The notes below the pieces were generated by a model. It was not told where the DNA came from, did not search any database, and saw only the letters and a program-made list of their open reading frames with translations. Positions 36,369 through 46,412 of a stretch of DNA of 64,000 bases are shown in pieces. How positions within the stretch are numbered: the stretch's first letter is position 1; each line of letters starts with the position of its first letter. The stretch lies in assembly GCA_048772705.1 (NCBI GenBank), contig JBLWGC010000035.1, forward strand, positions 62,001 to 126,000, in the 5' to 3' direction. Both the position numbers and the translations under genes were made by a program. The stretch is from Leidyana gryllorum EB-2025a. Lineage: Eukaryota > Protista > Apicomplexa.

Positions 36369-37235
36369 ATGCTAGGGTGGAAATGGATTTTACTGCTGAC
36401 GGTTGTGGCTGGCAGTGCGGAGAAGCCTGCCATTGGGCAACGGCCCGACTTCCAGCCTGTGGCAGCCCCAGAAAGTGGTGGTGTGGAGCGTTTGGAGGAG
36501 AAAGTTGATGAAATATTCGCGAAGCTCCGGTATCTGCAGACAGCCCGCAAGCCAGTTGTCCCTGCAGCGATAACTGGTCGACGTTTGCAGGCAGCTCCGA
36601 CTAATGAAGTTCAATTGGACATCGCCGGACAAGATGTCGCCCAATACCTCCAGTACATAATAAGGGCAGCGGTGCGATTCGTGGCTTCCTTCATCCAGAC
36701 GCCTCTGGCTATGGTGACAGAAGGCGTGCAGACCGGAGAGAATCTGGTTAGCCGATTCCCGCCGTTCCTGCCCCCGTTGGCGGGTACCGTTATGTCGGTG
36801 GCGGACCCGGCCGAGCTGCTGAGGGAAGTGGAAAAGGCCTTGGACGATCTGATCAAGTTTCTTGATGGACTTATCACTCCCTTAGCGGACATCTTCACCA
36901 CATCGACCACGGCGCCGACGATCATTCAGATGAAGGAATCCGTTTCCGTGCAGAGCAAGGACGGTATAATCACCTCTCAACATAGCGTGTCAGCTCATGT
37001 GAAAAAAGGCGACAAAGAGTTCGACATGACCACTGATCCCCAGCAGGAGACGTTGAATGCAGCACCTACCATCAATACCGAGCTGCGTACCTCAACTGGC
37101 CCACAAGTGATGGGCGTGGGAGCTGATGGAGGCTGGAGTGCTGCCATGGCGGCCGGTCAGACCTCTGTACAAAATACACTCATTCAGCCGCACGTGGAGT
37201 CCAATTCAGAGCAGACAGCCGTAATGATTGTCTAA
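36369..37235 (+). CDS. Putative secreted protein with short coiled coil and RRLQ motif
   Basis: Signal peptide MLGWKWILLLTVVAGSA; VERLEEKVDEIFAKL; intronless. Confidence 0.68.
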   Translation: MLGWKWILLLTVVAGSAEKPAIGQRPDFQPVAAPESGGVERLEEKVDEIFAKLRYLQTARKPVVPAAITGRRLQAAPTNEVQLDIAGQDVAQYLQYIIRAAVRFVASFIQTPLAMVTEGVQTGENLVSRFPPFLPPLAGTVMSVADPAELLREVEKALDDLIKFLDGLITPLADIFTTSTTAPTIIQMKESVSVQSKDGIITSQHSVSAHVKKGDKEFDMTTDPQQETLNAAPTINTELRTSTGPQVMGVGADGGWSAAMAAGQTSVQNTLIQPHVESNSEQTAVMIV

Positions 37236-37536
37236 GAGCCTCTTCCTCAGAGACGTGATGAGATTGTGTACTCACTTACTCGACGACCACGACGACCTCT
37301 CATCTGTTATTAGAGTACACATGTATCGCGAGCGAAGCGCTGCTGGTTCCCAATCGAGGAGCAGCGCTGCAGATTTTTTCGTGTTCTTTCAATCCATCCA
37401 TCACCAATCGATCGTACAACAGCCAAATTGTTTCTCTAATACTACTTGTAGCCAGACGCCTGACAGGATTTCTCATTTAGACAAAATGACTCGCTGCTGA
37501 CCGCTAGCTCAAGACAGACGGTCAGAATGAAACTAC

Positions 37537-38082
37537 TCAATACTTCTCCTCCTTCAGGCCAAGGCGGACATACACCATACGAGGAGCGGCTTCCTCACCC
37601 TTCCAGTAGCCGAAGATGGGGATGGAGTCGCGAGAGTCATCGAGAGAATCGGCAGCCTCAAGAGTGTAAACAGTACCATCGTCGAAGTTGCTGTTAATGG
37701 CTTTGAACAAAGCAGCCAGACCAGTCTTGGCCTCAGCGAGCTTGTCCTCGGGAATGGAGGGCACAACAACGTTCTTGACGTAATGTTGGAAGTGGGTCTT
37801 GAATGTGGCCTTATCGTAAGCTCCCTCGCGGTACTTGAAGTCAGTGACGAGGTTGTTGACCTTCTCAACAGCGTCGTCGCCACCTTCGCCAGCCACACCA
37901 GCCTCGGCATCCTCATCAGCGTTAGTGGCGATGCCAAAGTCCTCACCACCCTTAGTGACGATGGAAGACTGGACTTCGAAACCAACAGCCTTCAGCTCTT
38001 CGATGCCGAAAGGGGCAAGATGAGGGTACGCATCACTGACTACCTCAGCTCCGGATTTCCTGTCAGTGAAGACGTTCACCAT
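37537..38082 (-). CDS. TCTP: Translationally controlled tumour protein (TCTP)
   Basis: MVNVFTD...EVVSDAY, DFGIATNADED, KVNNLV, ending GLKEEKY; codon usage typical of a highly expressed gene. Confidence 0.92.
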   Translation of the reverse strand: MVNVFTDRKSGAEVVSDAYPHLAPFGIEELKAVGFEVQSSIVTKGGEDFGIATNADEDAEAGVAGEGGDDAVEKVNNLVTDFKYREGAYDKATFKTHFQHYVKNVVVPSIPEDKLAEAKTGLAALFKAINSNFDDGTVYTLEAADSLDDSRDSIPIFGYWKGEEAAPRMVYVRLGLKEEKY

Positions 38083-38544
38083 TTTGAATGCGAAGGCAGT
38101 ACAGTGATGCAAAAAAAATTGCGAATTCTTGCAACAACTACTAGGCGATTGGGCCGCACACACGTGTGTTTCTCTCCTTTACAATCACATTTTGTTTGTT
38201 TTGGTGCTATCCGCTAATTCGAATCCATTTTGGGGGAGCATTATGAATATTGTTTGACATGTTTTGTGCCAGGCGACGCGCTGGCGACTGACTGCTACTT
38301 GAGTCGTTCAGAAATAGGCAGAACGTGTTTGGGGTGATCTAGCGTGGGTCCACGACAGTGCCTATACGCTTCAAGGGTGAATTCTTCGACTATTCACGAA
38401 GTCTCAGTGTCGAAGGCCTTTGTCCTCTGTTATCTATGTCGCCGAGTAATATCGTGGCAGACTCTGTGACATGTTCGTTGTATGGGCTGTGTCAATGTGG
38501 ATGTCCGTGAGGAACGATAGCCCATCCAAGACGCTCGTTCGCGC

Positions 38545-41067
38545 TCAGACTTCTGTTTCCGCTGTTAGATACCTGTAAAAGGCCTCCTTTCGAGCGATAG
38601 CTCGCTCCAGAGCGTCCCTGCCGGCCCACCCATAAAGGACTCTGGCCATTTGGTCGGCCGACCAGCCTGCACGAAGGTATTGATAACAGGGGAACTCTTG
38701 CTCCCATGGTAGGTCTCTCGAATAAAGAAGTACCTCTTGCTTAACACCGGGTGGTGTGGATGGGCGCTGGAGCTTCTCAACACATTCAGAGAAGTCTGTT
38801 GCTGTTGTTGACTGCGCTGCCGAGCCGGAGTATTCGAATGCTGACCAATAAGGCATTTTGGTCTGACGTCTAGGAGTACGCTGTTGCCATTTGTTTGATT
38901 GAGTCAAATGTGTCAAGTCCGTGAGTGGTGGGTGTCGACTGCCGGTGGCGAGCTGAGTAGCTTCAAGCTGTTGTTTTCTGCGGCATTCGATGTATTCGGC
39001 GTTTGTGGTGTGTGGTAAGGGTCTGATCTGTCCCAGTTTCTTGAGTCGGTCAGAGAGTCCATCTGAGAATTTGTAAGTCTCACTGCCTGCGAAAAGGTCT
39101 GAGATGGGAATGACCTTTTCCCCGGCGAATTTCCTGAACTTCTTTTGGGCTTTGTCGACGCTGCCTTGTCGATCTGGCACCTCGTTTGGCTCCGCTTTGA
39201 AAGCTCTGAGGATGAGTCGATCGTAACCATCCAGTTCGAGCTCTCCGCTGTCTACTTGGTCGATCCTGATAACCAGATTTGGACGATCGGGATCTGAAAT
39301 ATCATAGGATGTTGAGTCGTCTCGCCTGGGCAGCAGGTACCACAAGTTGAGCAGCAGAGATCTCCACCAACTGGTGCGATATTCGGGAAAGGGTTTTTTC
39401 TCGATGATCGACCGTAAGGCTTCCTTCAAGTCTTCGCTGTAGGTGCTGAAATCGATGACCCGTTTCCCGACCGTAGGTGCGTGCCGCGCGACGCCAAAGA
39501 GCCGACGGTCAAGTGTGTCGACCACCATCAGGCGCTCTGTGCCATGCCAGACGGGTGCGTAACGCTTCTCGCCATCTGCAAGAAACCCATCTCTTGGAGG
39601 TTCCTCTGCCGGCCATTTAATGGAGACTGGGACGACCGGCGGGAGATACGGTGGTTTGCTGTCTCGCAATGGCCGGTACCCCTCTGTCATCCATTCCGGG
39701 AGAGACAGGTCGTTCCCCTCGGGGAGGAGGTGCATAGCGTCAGCGAGAGGAATAGGAGGTGGGACATCACCGTCTCCCGAGACAGCAAAGTCGGGGGGGT
39801 CGAAGCGGAACGGCGCGACTTCCAACTGGTCATCCCCGAGCCACTCCTTCTCGTAGTATCCGGAACTGATGCGATCTCTCAGGGCTTCCACTTCAACCTC
39901 AGAAATGCGGTCCACAATGTTCCATGGGTATCGGCAAAGGCTATGCATCTCCTCATTAAGACGATATGTCCGGTACGATTGGATGAGATAGTGCCGGTAA
40001 ACGAGTTTGTCGTACAGTTCTCGCACTCCTGCCTGCCATTTTCGAAGAGCTGTCTCCCTCGCCACACGGAGCCGGAAAATATGAATCATTATGTCCTGGT
40101 AGTATGGGATGGCCTTCCAGTTGGCGTACAGATCAGAGTGGATGTATCCGACAGCAGGGAACCGACCCGTTTCCAAAGTCTTACCCGCGTCTCCCTGACT
40201 GTAGTGTATTTTAGGGAACCGAATGTAACCCGGGCGCCCTGATCCAAAATCGGTGAACACGCCATGGTAGTTCGGCTTCGTTTCAACACTGTTGGACCGA
40301 ACATAGGAGAAGTGAACCCCTTCAACAGGCTCAGTCTTCAACGGAGGGTGAGCGGGCCTGGTCGCGTCACCCAGGGACTGAGCTCCGTCACTCAACAGCG
40401 GTTTGAGCAGCTTCTGAACGGCTTTCCCCATACCACGCAGTGACGCTCTTGCCTTTCGGACAACTCGCTCCCTCCTCGTCCTCTTCGGCGGCGGCTTCCA
40501 CTTCATACCCGGTCCTTGCAGCCAATCAAGCCGCTCAGAACAGCGAGACTGGAAGAAACCGTCGAACAGTGAAGGACACGCTGAATACAGCGGCACTAAC
40601 GACACCGGGCGCCAGTACGCATTCCTCTTCACAACCACTTTATGGGCAGAGATGTAGTCGTCGGAATCTTCACTCTCACCTCCGTCTGGAATGGGCAAAC
40701 CACCCAACACTTCACACACCCATTGACTCAGCTGTTGTGGTCCCATGCCATACTCCAGGTTGACGCCCGTACCAAGTGGGACTGCTTCGACCACCTCTTC
40801 TCCGGGCCCCCAAGGGCCTGGAAATCCATTAGCAGCTGCAAAGTGAACATAGAACTCATGACGTTGTCTATTCGGTAAAGCTTTCCATTTTGAATAAATC
40901 TCAGGCCACTCGTTCACCAAACCACACTCATACACACGACCGTAAAGTTTCATGGCTGCCTCATCTGTTTGATTCAGATCATCTGGCATCTGCTTCACAG
41001 CGTCATCGCACAGATAAACACTCCCTGTATATTTCATACGCTCCTCCCTGAAATCAAGTAGCGTCAT
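38545..41067 (-). CDS. Large intronless orphan protein, about 840 aa
   Basis: Uninterrupted ORF from ATG 41067; W/Y/P/R-rich; basic NLS-like KWKPPPKRTRRERVVRK; no family recognised. Confidence 0.7.
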   Translation of the reverse strand: MTLLDFREERMKYTGSVYLCDDAVKQMPDDLNQTDEAAMKLYGRVYECGLVNEWPEIYSKWKALPNRQRHEFYVHFAAANGFPGPWGPGEEVVEAVPLGTGVNLEYGMGPQQLSQWVCEVLGGLPIPDGGESEDSDDYISAHKVVVKRNAYWRPVSLVPLYSACPSLFDGFFQSRCSERLDWLQGPGMKWKPPPKRTRRERVVRKARASLRGMGKAVQKLLKPLLSDGAQSLGDATRPAHPPLKTEPVEGVHFSYVRSNSVETKPNYHGVFTDFGSGRPGYIRFPKIHYSQGDAGKTLETGRFPAVGYIHSDLYANWKAIPYYQDIMIHIFRLRVARETALRKWQAGVRELYDKLVYRHYLIQSYRTYRLNEEMHSLCRYPWNIVDRISEVEVEALRDRISSGYYEKEWLGDDQLEVAPFRFDPPDFAVSGDGDVPPPIPLADAMHLLPEGNDLSLPEWMTEGYRPLRDSKPPYLPPVVPVSIKWPAEEPPRDGFLADGEKRYAPVWHGTERLMVVDTLDRRLFGVARHAPTVGKRVIDFSTYSEDLKEALRSIIEKKPFPEYRTSWWRSLLLNLWYLLPRRDDSTSYDISDPDRPNLVIRIDQVDSGELELDGYDRLILRAFKAEPNEVPDRQGSVDKAQKKFRKFAGEKVIPISDLFAGSETYKFSDGLSDRLKKLGQIRPLPHTTNAEYIECRRKQQLEATQLATGSRHPPLTDLTHLTQSNKWQQRTPRRQTKMPYWSAFEYSGSAAQSTTATDFSECVEKLQRPSTPPGVKQEVLLYSRDLPWEQEFPCYQYLRAGWSADQMARVLYGWAGRDALERAIARKEAFYRYLTAETEV

Positions 41068-41426
41068 AATGAACCGCAATACGGGAGTCCTGCGCGGGCG
41101 GAGTCGTCTGGGGCAATTGACTTCCAGATCATCTTTTCTCGCCACACACACGCGACTCCAAGTCGCGCACGGGAGCAGCACAAGGGGAGTCGCAAGCACA
41201 TATGCTGTCTACAGAAACACAATGTACACACAGCATGACTTTAGTTCACTGTGTTAGATTGATTATCAGAGCTTCTTAGAGGGTTGTTTTGCGTACAGCG
41301 CTCTCCGAAAGAGCTTACGAACAGAGTGAAATCATCATATGAGCCACGACAATGAAACACGTAAGAATAAAGTGCTGTAAGCAAATTGCTGGTTCTTCGT
41401 TTGTCGTTTGTGTGTGCGCCGTCAGA

Positions 41427-42223
41427 TCACTCGGAGACAGGACGCTTCGAGCGCGGTCGCTCACTATCTGGGGGTGGAACCAAACGATGTGGAGCTGCAA
41501 TAGCACTCAGATTATGGATGAGTTGTTTATTTCGAGCTGGCTGTAGAATGACGACCCAAGCCGAACTGGGGGAAGTCTATAGGGAAGGGAAAGTTTCGAC
41601 AACTCCAATTTTCTGTTACCTGTTGGTTCAAGTCGATGCTGCCGAGCTCCTTGTTCACCTCCACTAGCATACCTACATTAGACACCGTCCTCAAAACCCA
41701 AGTCGACAGGCATCACTCACCTGCGATCCCCGCCACAACTGATATCTTGGTTCCGTCCACCAAAGTGATCACAGCCATCTGAGTGTCGGATCGCACTTTG
41801 CTTTTGGCCTTGTTCCCGCAAGTATCAGGGTGACACTGCATTCTGGGCACCACCTCCACCCCCGCCACTTTTGGGGAGTCTGAGCGGAAGATGCGATGAT
41901 GTGGTGACAGGGAAACCACCATCAGACTGGCAAAGCGGCAGGATATTTCACAAGGATCATCGTCAGGAGGCTCACCCATTTTTATATCGTGAGAGGCGTT
42001 GCCAGTCTCCAGGTACAGTCACGTCCAAGTTGGACGGGTCACTGGCATCAAAGTCAAATGTAGACACTTCAAAGGGCAAAACTCCAGTGAAGGTTCCAGT
42101 TGTATGGTACTCTTGAGCCCATCTTGGTATTGGATCGATGTTCGACTTCTCTAAGAGTCCACGGGCTTCTGAAAGGTAGTTAGTCCACTGACTCTCTTCG
42201 TCAGACCCCAAGAGACTGGTCAT
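41427..42223 (-). CDS. Abitram/FAM206A (Simiate)-like protein, glycine-cleavage-H-like fold; multi-exon
   Basis: Spliced VVSLSPHH...GNKAK...ITLVDGTKISVVAGIAG|MLVEVNKEL...SSAWVVILQP. Confidence 0.65.
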
Positions 42224-42250
42224 TGAGAATACAAAAAAGTGCTAGCCACC

Positions 42251-43405
42251 ATGGACCTCTGGATACCGTTAGTGGGCGCGGCTAGCGCTGGAGGAATATC
42301 AGTGGTCTACAGTGCGGCAATTGCTGCTGTTGGTAAAGGTATAGGCAGTCCTTTCTGGGCTGTCCCCCTCGCTTACGCCCAGTCGGTACCTATCCTGCTC
42401 TTATGTGAACTTCTGCGCCCTCGGCCCGCGCCGCTATCGGCGTCGGAAGGTTGCCGAAAGGTGTTCGCACACATCCGTCAGAAACCACTACGACGATGGG
42501 TAATACTCTTTGGTGGAGTATTGGGAAGCTTGATCGGGCTGGCGGCTGCTTATGTGACACCGAGAGTGGGAATGGGTCATTTCTTTGTTTTGTTCGTTGC
42601 CGGACAGGTGCTGGCGGGATATGCAATGGATCTTTTACAACTCCTTATGGCAAAGGAAGACTATGTGGCTTCGAGTAGTTTGGGAGGAGCCCTGTTGGTG
42701 ATCATCGGATGTGTATTATTCCAATGGGAAGCGCTTAAGACAGTCCATACAACTTTGGATGCATATGAATCATTCAAATGTTCACTCATTTCATTGGCTG
42801 CCGGATTGTGTGCTGTGCTACAAGGAGGCGTGAACGGTCGGCTCCAAGATGTATCTACAAGCCACAATCGAGCTGCTATATGGTCCTTGACATCCGGGTT
42901 TGTGGTGATGTCAGCTTTGGCATGGGCTTGTGATCCGGTACCGCACTTTGAAACTTTCTTCGCCTCAATACAATGGCCCCAAGATGCTTGGCGGGCACTT
43001 GGAGGTATTCTCAGTATCAATACTTTAGTCGCCATTATGGTGCTCCCCAAATACTTGGGCTATGCTTTAACTGTTTGTTGGATGGTGGCTGGCGAGCTTG
43101 TGGTGTCATTGATTTTAGATCACTTTGGTTGGCTGGATATGCAGAAGCGGCCCGTGTCTACGGCACGGGCAGCTGGTCTGTTGGTCGTCCTAACAGGGGT
43201 CGTATTGGCGCAGTATGCGGATCGAGCCGACCGAAAGCGGCGGAAAAGTTCTGCCTGGTCAACGAAACCTCTGGTCAACGACCTTCCGTCATCACTGGAT
43301 TACGCTGTAGCTAGTAACTTGGAAAGCAATTGTCCACATTGCTGTGCCGGTCACAAGAATGTTTTAACTGAACCGTTGATTCAGGATTCCGCGGCCGTCC
43401 ACTAG
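42251..43405 (+). CDS. DMT-superfamily transporter with two YdcZ/DUF606-type repeats; intronless
   Basis: PRVGMGHFFVLFVAGQVLAGYAMD; AGLCAVLQGGVNGRL; PKYLG...VAGELVVSLILDHFGWL...RPVSTARAAGLLVVLTGVVL. Confidence 0.85.
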   Translation: MDLWIPLVGAASAGGISVVYSAAIAAVGKGIGSPFWAVPLAYAQSVPILLLCELLRPRPAPLSASEGCRKVFAHIRQKPLRRWVILFGGVLGSLIGLAAAYVTPRVGMGHFFVLFVAGQVLAGYAMDLLQLLMAKEDYVASSSLGGALLVIIGCVLFQWEALKTVHTTLDAYESFKCSLISLAAGLCAVLQGGVNGRLQDVSTSHNRAAIWSLTSGFVVMSALAWACDPVPHFETFFASIQWPQDAWRALGGILSINTLVAIMVLPKYLGYALTVCWMVAGELVVSLILDHFGWLDMQKRPVSTARAAGLLVVLTGVVLAQYADRADRKRRKSSAWSTKPLVNDLPSSLDYAVASNLESNCPHCCAGHKNVLTEPLIQDSAAVH

Positions 43406-44413
43406 AAATCTGCGGAGGGCCTCGCGCGAACAGAAAAAGAAAGGGAGCATGCGCGACGAACATGTCGTACGCGATCCAATCTTACGGAAATGTGCTGGAA
43501 ATGGAGTTCGATACGCTCTTTTACAACCCCCCGCCATCATTGCCATCGATCACTCTACAACTCGAGGATAATCGACGAAACCCGGTTGCGCCGTCCGTCG
43601 GACACACGCCGTCTGAGTTCCGGCACCTAGGATGCACTGGCGGTATAGGATTGGATTGAAGTTTTCGTACATTGTTTGTCCCATGGACCTCAATAACCAA
43701 TGCGCTTTTGTTGCTTTTGTTGCCTGTCACGCCCGTGTTAGCCAACGGCCTTCGCAAGGATTCGTTCTGCGTCCACCACGGTTCTAATAGATCAGCAAGC
43801 GCACACGTGCGAAGGTTCGAGCTTCCAGAAGCACTGGCTTCCCCGTAACGTTTTTCCCTAAGAACAGGCGAGACCGCAGTTATCAGTACTGTATTAGGCG
43901 GTATTGGTTGGTGGTGAAAAGTCTGTGTTAATCAATGGAGGGAGGCGGTATTTCGTATACGCACAACATAGTCATTTTAGCTTTGTAATTGACACACAAT
44001 GCACGCTGGTGTATGTGTTGGATGGCTGAACGTGGAGCGGCTGCTTTTAATATTTCACGAGCGAACGATTGATGTCTTGTCATGGTTGTCGTCGTGGTGA
44101 AGATTGAATCGGTGGCACGATTTGAGATACACTGGTCGCATGGGACAGTCAGCTACTATGATGGGGGCGAAAAATGGCTCATTTGAGCTCGGTTGACAAC
44201 AGTCGGCAGCCCGTTCTCAAGCACAATAAACGGCCGCGAGAGGCGTTGAATGAGCATGGTAGGAGAGGTATGTAATCGAAGGTGTGCGGATTGCATTACA
44301 GGGTAGCGATATGTATATATAAACTTCCCACAAGCGATATCGAGGAAAGCGAAAGTGTTGCGTGGATGAACGCGAGTACTTTCATTTTATATGTAGAGGT
44401 GCTAAACTATCGA

Positions 44414-45133
44414 TCAATTGATGGTGGTGGTGGTAAGGGCGGGTGGGCTGAAAGTGAATCCTGGCGGTGCCCATTTGTCAACGTTCGCAAGCTTTTCAGC
44501 CTCAGCTTTCTTAGCTTTCCGCGTGACGCGTCGCACGCTATCGCAGAGCGCTTTATATTTGCGTTGGAGTGCGTCGACCCTGTCAACGAATTCGCAAAAT
44601 GCCTCATGAGAAGACGTGCTGTCGCGTTGTAAATCTGCCAAACTGGACCACCTCCGTTGCTCCACCTCCTGCCAAGCCTGAACTGCTTCAAGCATTCTTT
44701 GTACTAAAGAAGTCCGGGCTTGCAGTAGCCTCTCCAGAGTGCACCGACAATCACGGTCCGCGACTCCCTTGAGCGTCAGCTCGTCCGAAACAGCCGCACC
44801 AGATCGCCAAAGCATATATGCAGCGTAACATTCTTCAGCATTGTGCACCAATTTATCGCGAAAGTTAAGATAACTTCGAAGACCCGCCTCCTCCGAGGGT
44901 ATCACGGGGTACATTGAATCGTCATAATACTGACGCAGATACTGACGCCAATCGAGATCCCACGACTCGAGGGCTTTGATAAACGGATTGGACTGTCCCT
45001 GTTCGCGGCGAGCAAGACGAGACAAAGGCCTCATATTGGAGGCAGAAGGCCGAACTCGAACTTTGACATCCGGTCGGAAATGTACTTGCTTACGTTGACG
45101 GAGGATAACCGATCCGTTAGAGGAGCCCCACAT
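44414..45133 (-). CDS. Hypothetical coiled-coil protein, 239 aa
   Basis: Intronless ATG-initiated ORF; helical C-terminal half; RKQVHF (RVxF-like) near the N-terminus. Confidence 0.62.
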   Translation of the reverse strand: MWGSSNGSVILRQRKQVHFRPDVKVRVRPSASNMRPLSRLARREQGQSNPFIKALESWDLDWRQYLRQYYDDSMYPVIPSEEAGLRSYLNFRDKLVHNAEECYAAYMLWRSGAAVSDELTLKGVADRDCRCTLERLLQARTSLVQRMLEAVQAWQEVEQRRWSSLADLQRDSTSSHEAFCEFVDRVDALQRKYKALCDSVRRVTRKAKKAEAEKLANVDKWAPPGFTFSPPALTTTTIN

Positions 45134-45390
45134 GACGCAGTTGTATAATTATTGGAGGAAGGATGAGAAAGTAAGGGAGGAGGATGAGTTTTTGTGGGAT
45201 TAAAAAAAAATTGCTTCGCGATCAATTAGGAGACGCTGTCGTCCTCCCTTTCGGAGTTGAACAACGTTTTTCTGGAACAGCCATCCTTTCGCATCCATCG
45301 CCCCAGCTGTGGAACCTATTCCTTCTCTCTGTGTCCGATCCATCATCAAATCTGAATCTGGACAACAAAGAGCCCACTTCCCATTGCCTA

Positions 45391-46234
45391 TCAATCTTCA
45401 TCAGACGCCACGGTAATTTCGCCCGGTGCCCGGGTGGGGATCATGTGAACCAACGGAGTCTCCACACGGAACCCAACCCAAGCAGATCGGACTCTGCCGG
45501 CGATCAGTTCCTCCCAGGATTGCGGGGAGTAGTGCTCCCACCACCCCGCTTCCTGAGGGTCTTTCATGAAGTTGCCAGGCAAATGCGTCAACTGCTTCTC
45601 CATGGCGTAGGCCTGAGTCCAGGTGTTTTCAATGCTTTCGCCGACATATTCGGATCGACTGTGCAATCCGCCCAATCTATGACCAATCTGTGTAAAGGCC
45701 GATCAGCAGAGTCAGAGAAGGAGTCTATCAATGGACTTACATCAATTTCCGACGTGATCATAGCCGGGGTGTGATCTGGGATCCAGATACATGCCAAATA
45801 GTCAACGTCCCCCAGAGCGTTGGTGAAGGGTTTGTCAAGATGGACGCCCATCGCTAGAGGACGATCAAACCGATCTACCTCGATAATGTTGCCCAATTGT
45901 TGCCACCTGCATTGTTGATGTGCTTAGTACGTCCGTGTGTGTGTGACTGTGTGTGCGAACGAGCACGGATGCGGGTTCGGACTCGGTCTAGTGCCAGATG
46001 GTTATAGGTTCTACTCACTCTCGCAGTTTTTCGAAGGTTTTGAACGCCTGGACGCCGAAAGGTCCGTGGTAGTGTGCACAGGCCACACGGCGAGGGGCAA
46101 GATCATCCACCTCAATCACCATGGGTTTATCTGATAGCAACGAAAAAGGGTGTCCTATGGTTCTAAGATTCCAGCTAGAACATACTTTGGTTGAAGATGC
46201 TGGCGAGAACGAGGGCTGCGCGAGAGATATGCAT
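45391..46234 (-). CDS. GyrI-like (SbmC/AraC effector-binding) small-molecule-binding protein with possible signal peptide; introns 46131-46185, 45907-46018, 45688-45740
   Basis: Spliced MVIEVDDLAPRRVACAHYHGPFGVQAFKTFEKLREW...MGVHLDKPF...YLACIWIP...LGGLHSRSEYVGESIENTW...WWEHY fits the duplicated beta-alpha-beta-beta GyrI pattern. Confidence 0.7.
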
Positions 46235-46412
46235 GGTTCTGGGGTTAAAAGTAGAAGTGCTGTCTGCGTTGTGCTCGTTGGAAAACACACAGTACTTTTC
46301 GCTGAATAGAACAAGTTGTGTTACTTTCCCGCCGATTTGGGAAATTACTGGTGATCGTGCCATAGAGGTTGGAATGACTGGTCGACAGGTTAATGATCAT
46401 TCAAAAAGACAA

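Noticed and set aside
43790-43830. GGTTCGA hairpin resembling a tRNA T-arm
   Set aside because: Loop register is wrong and no acceptor, D or anticodon stems can be formed.
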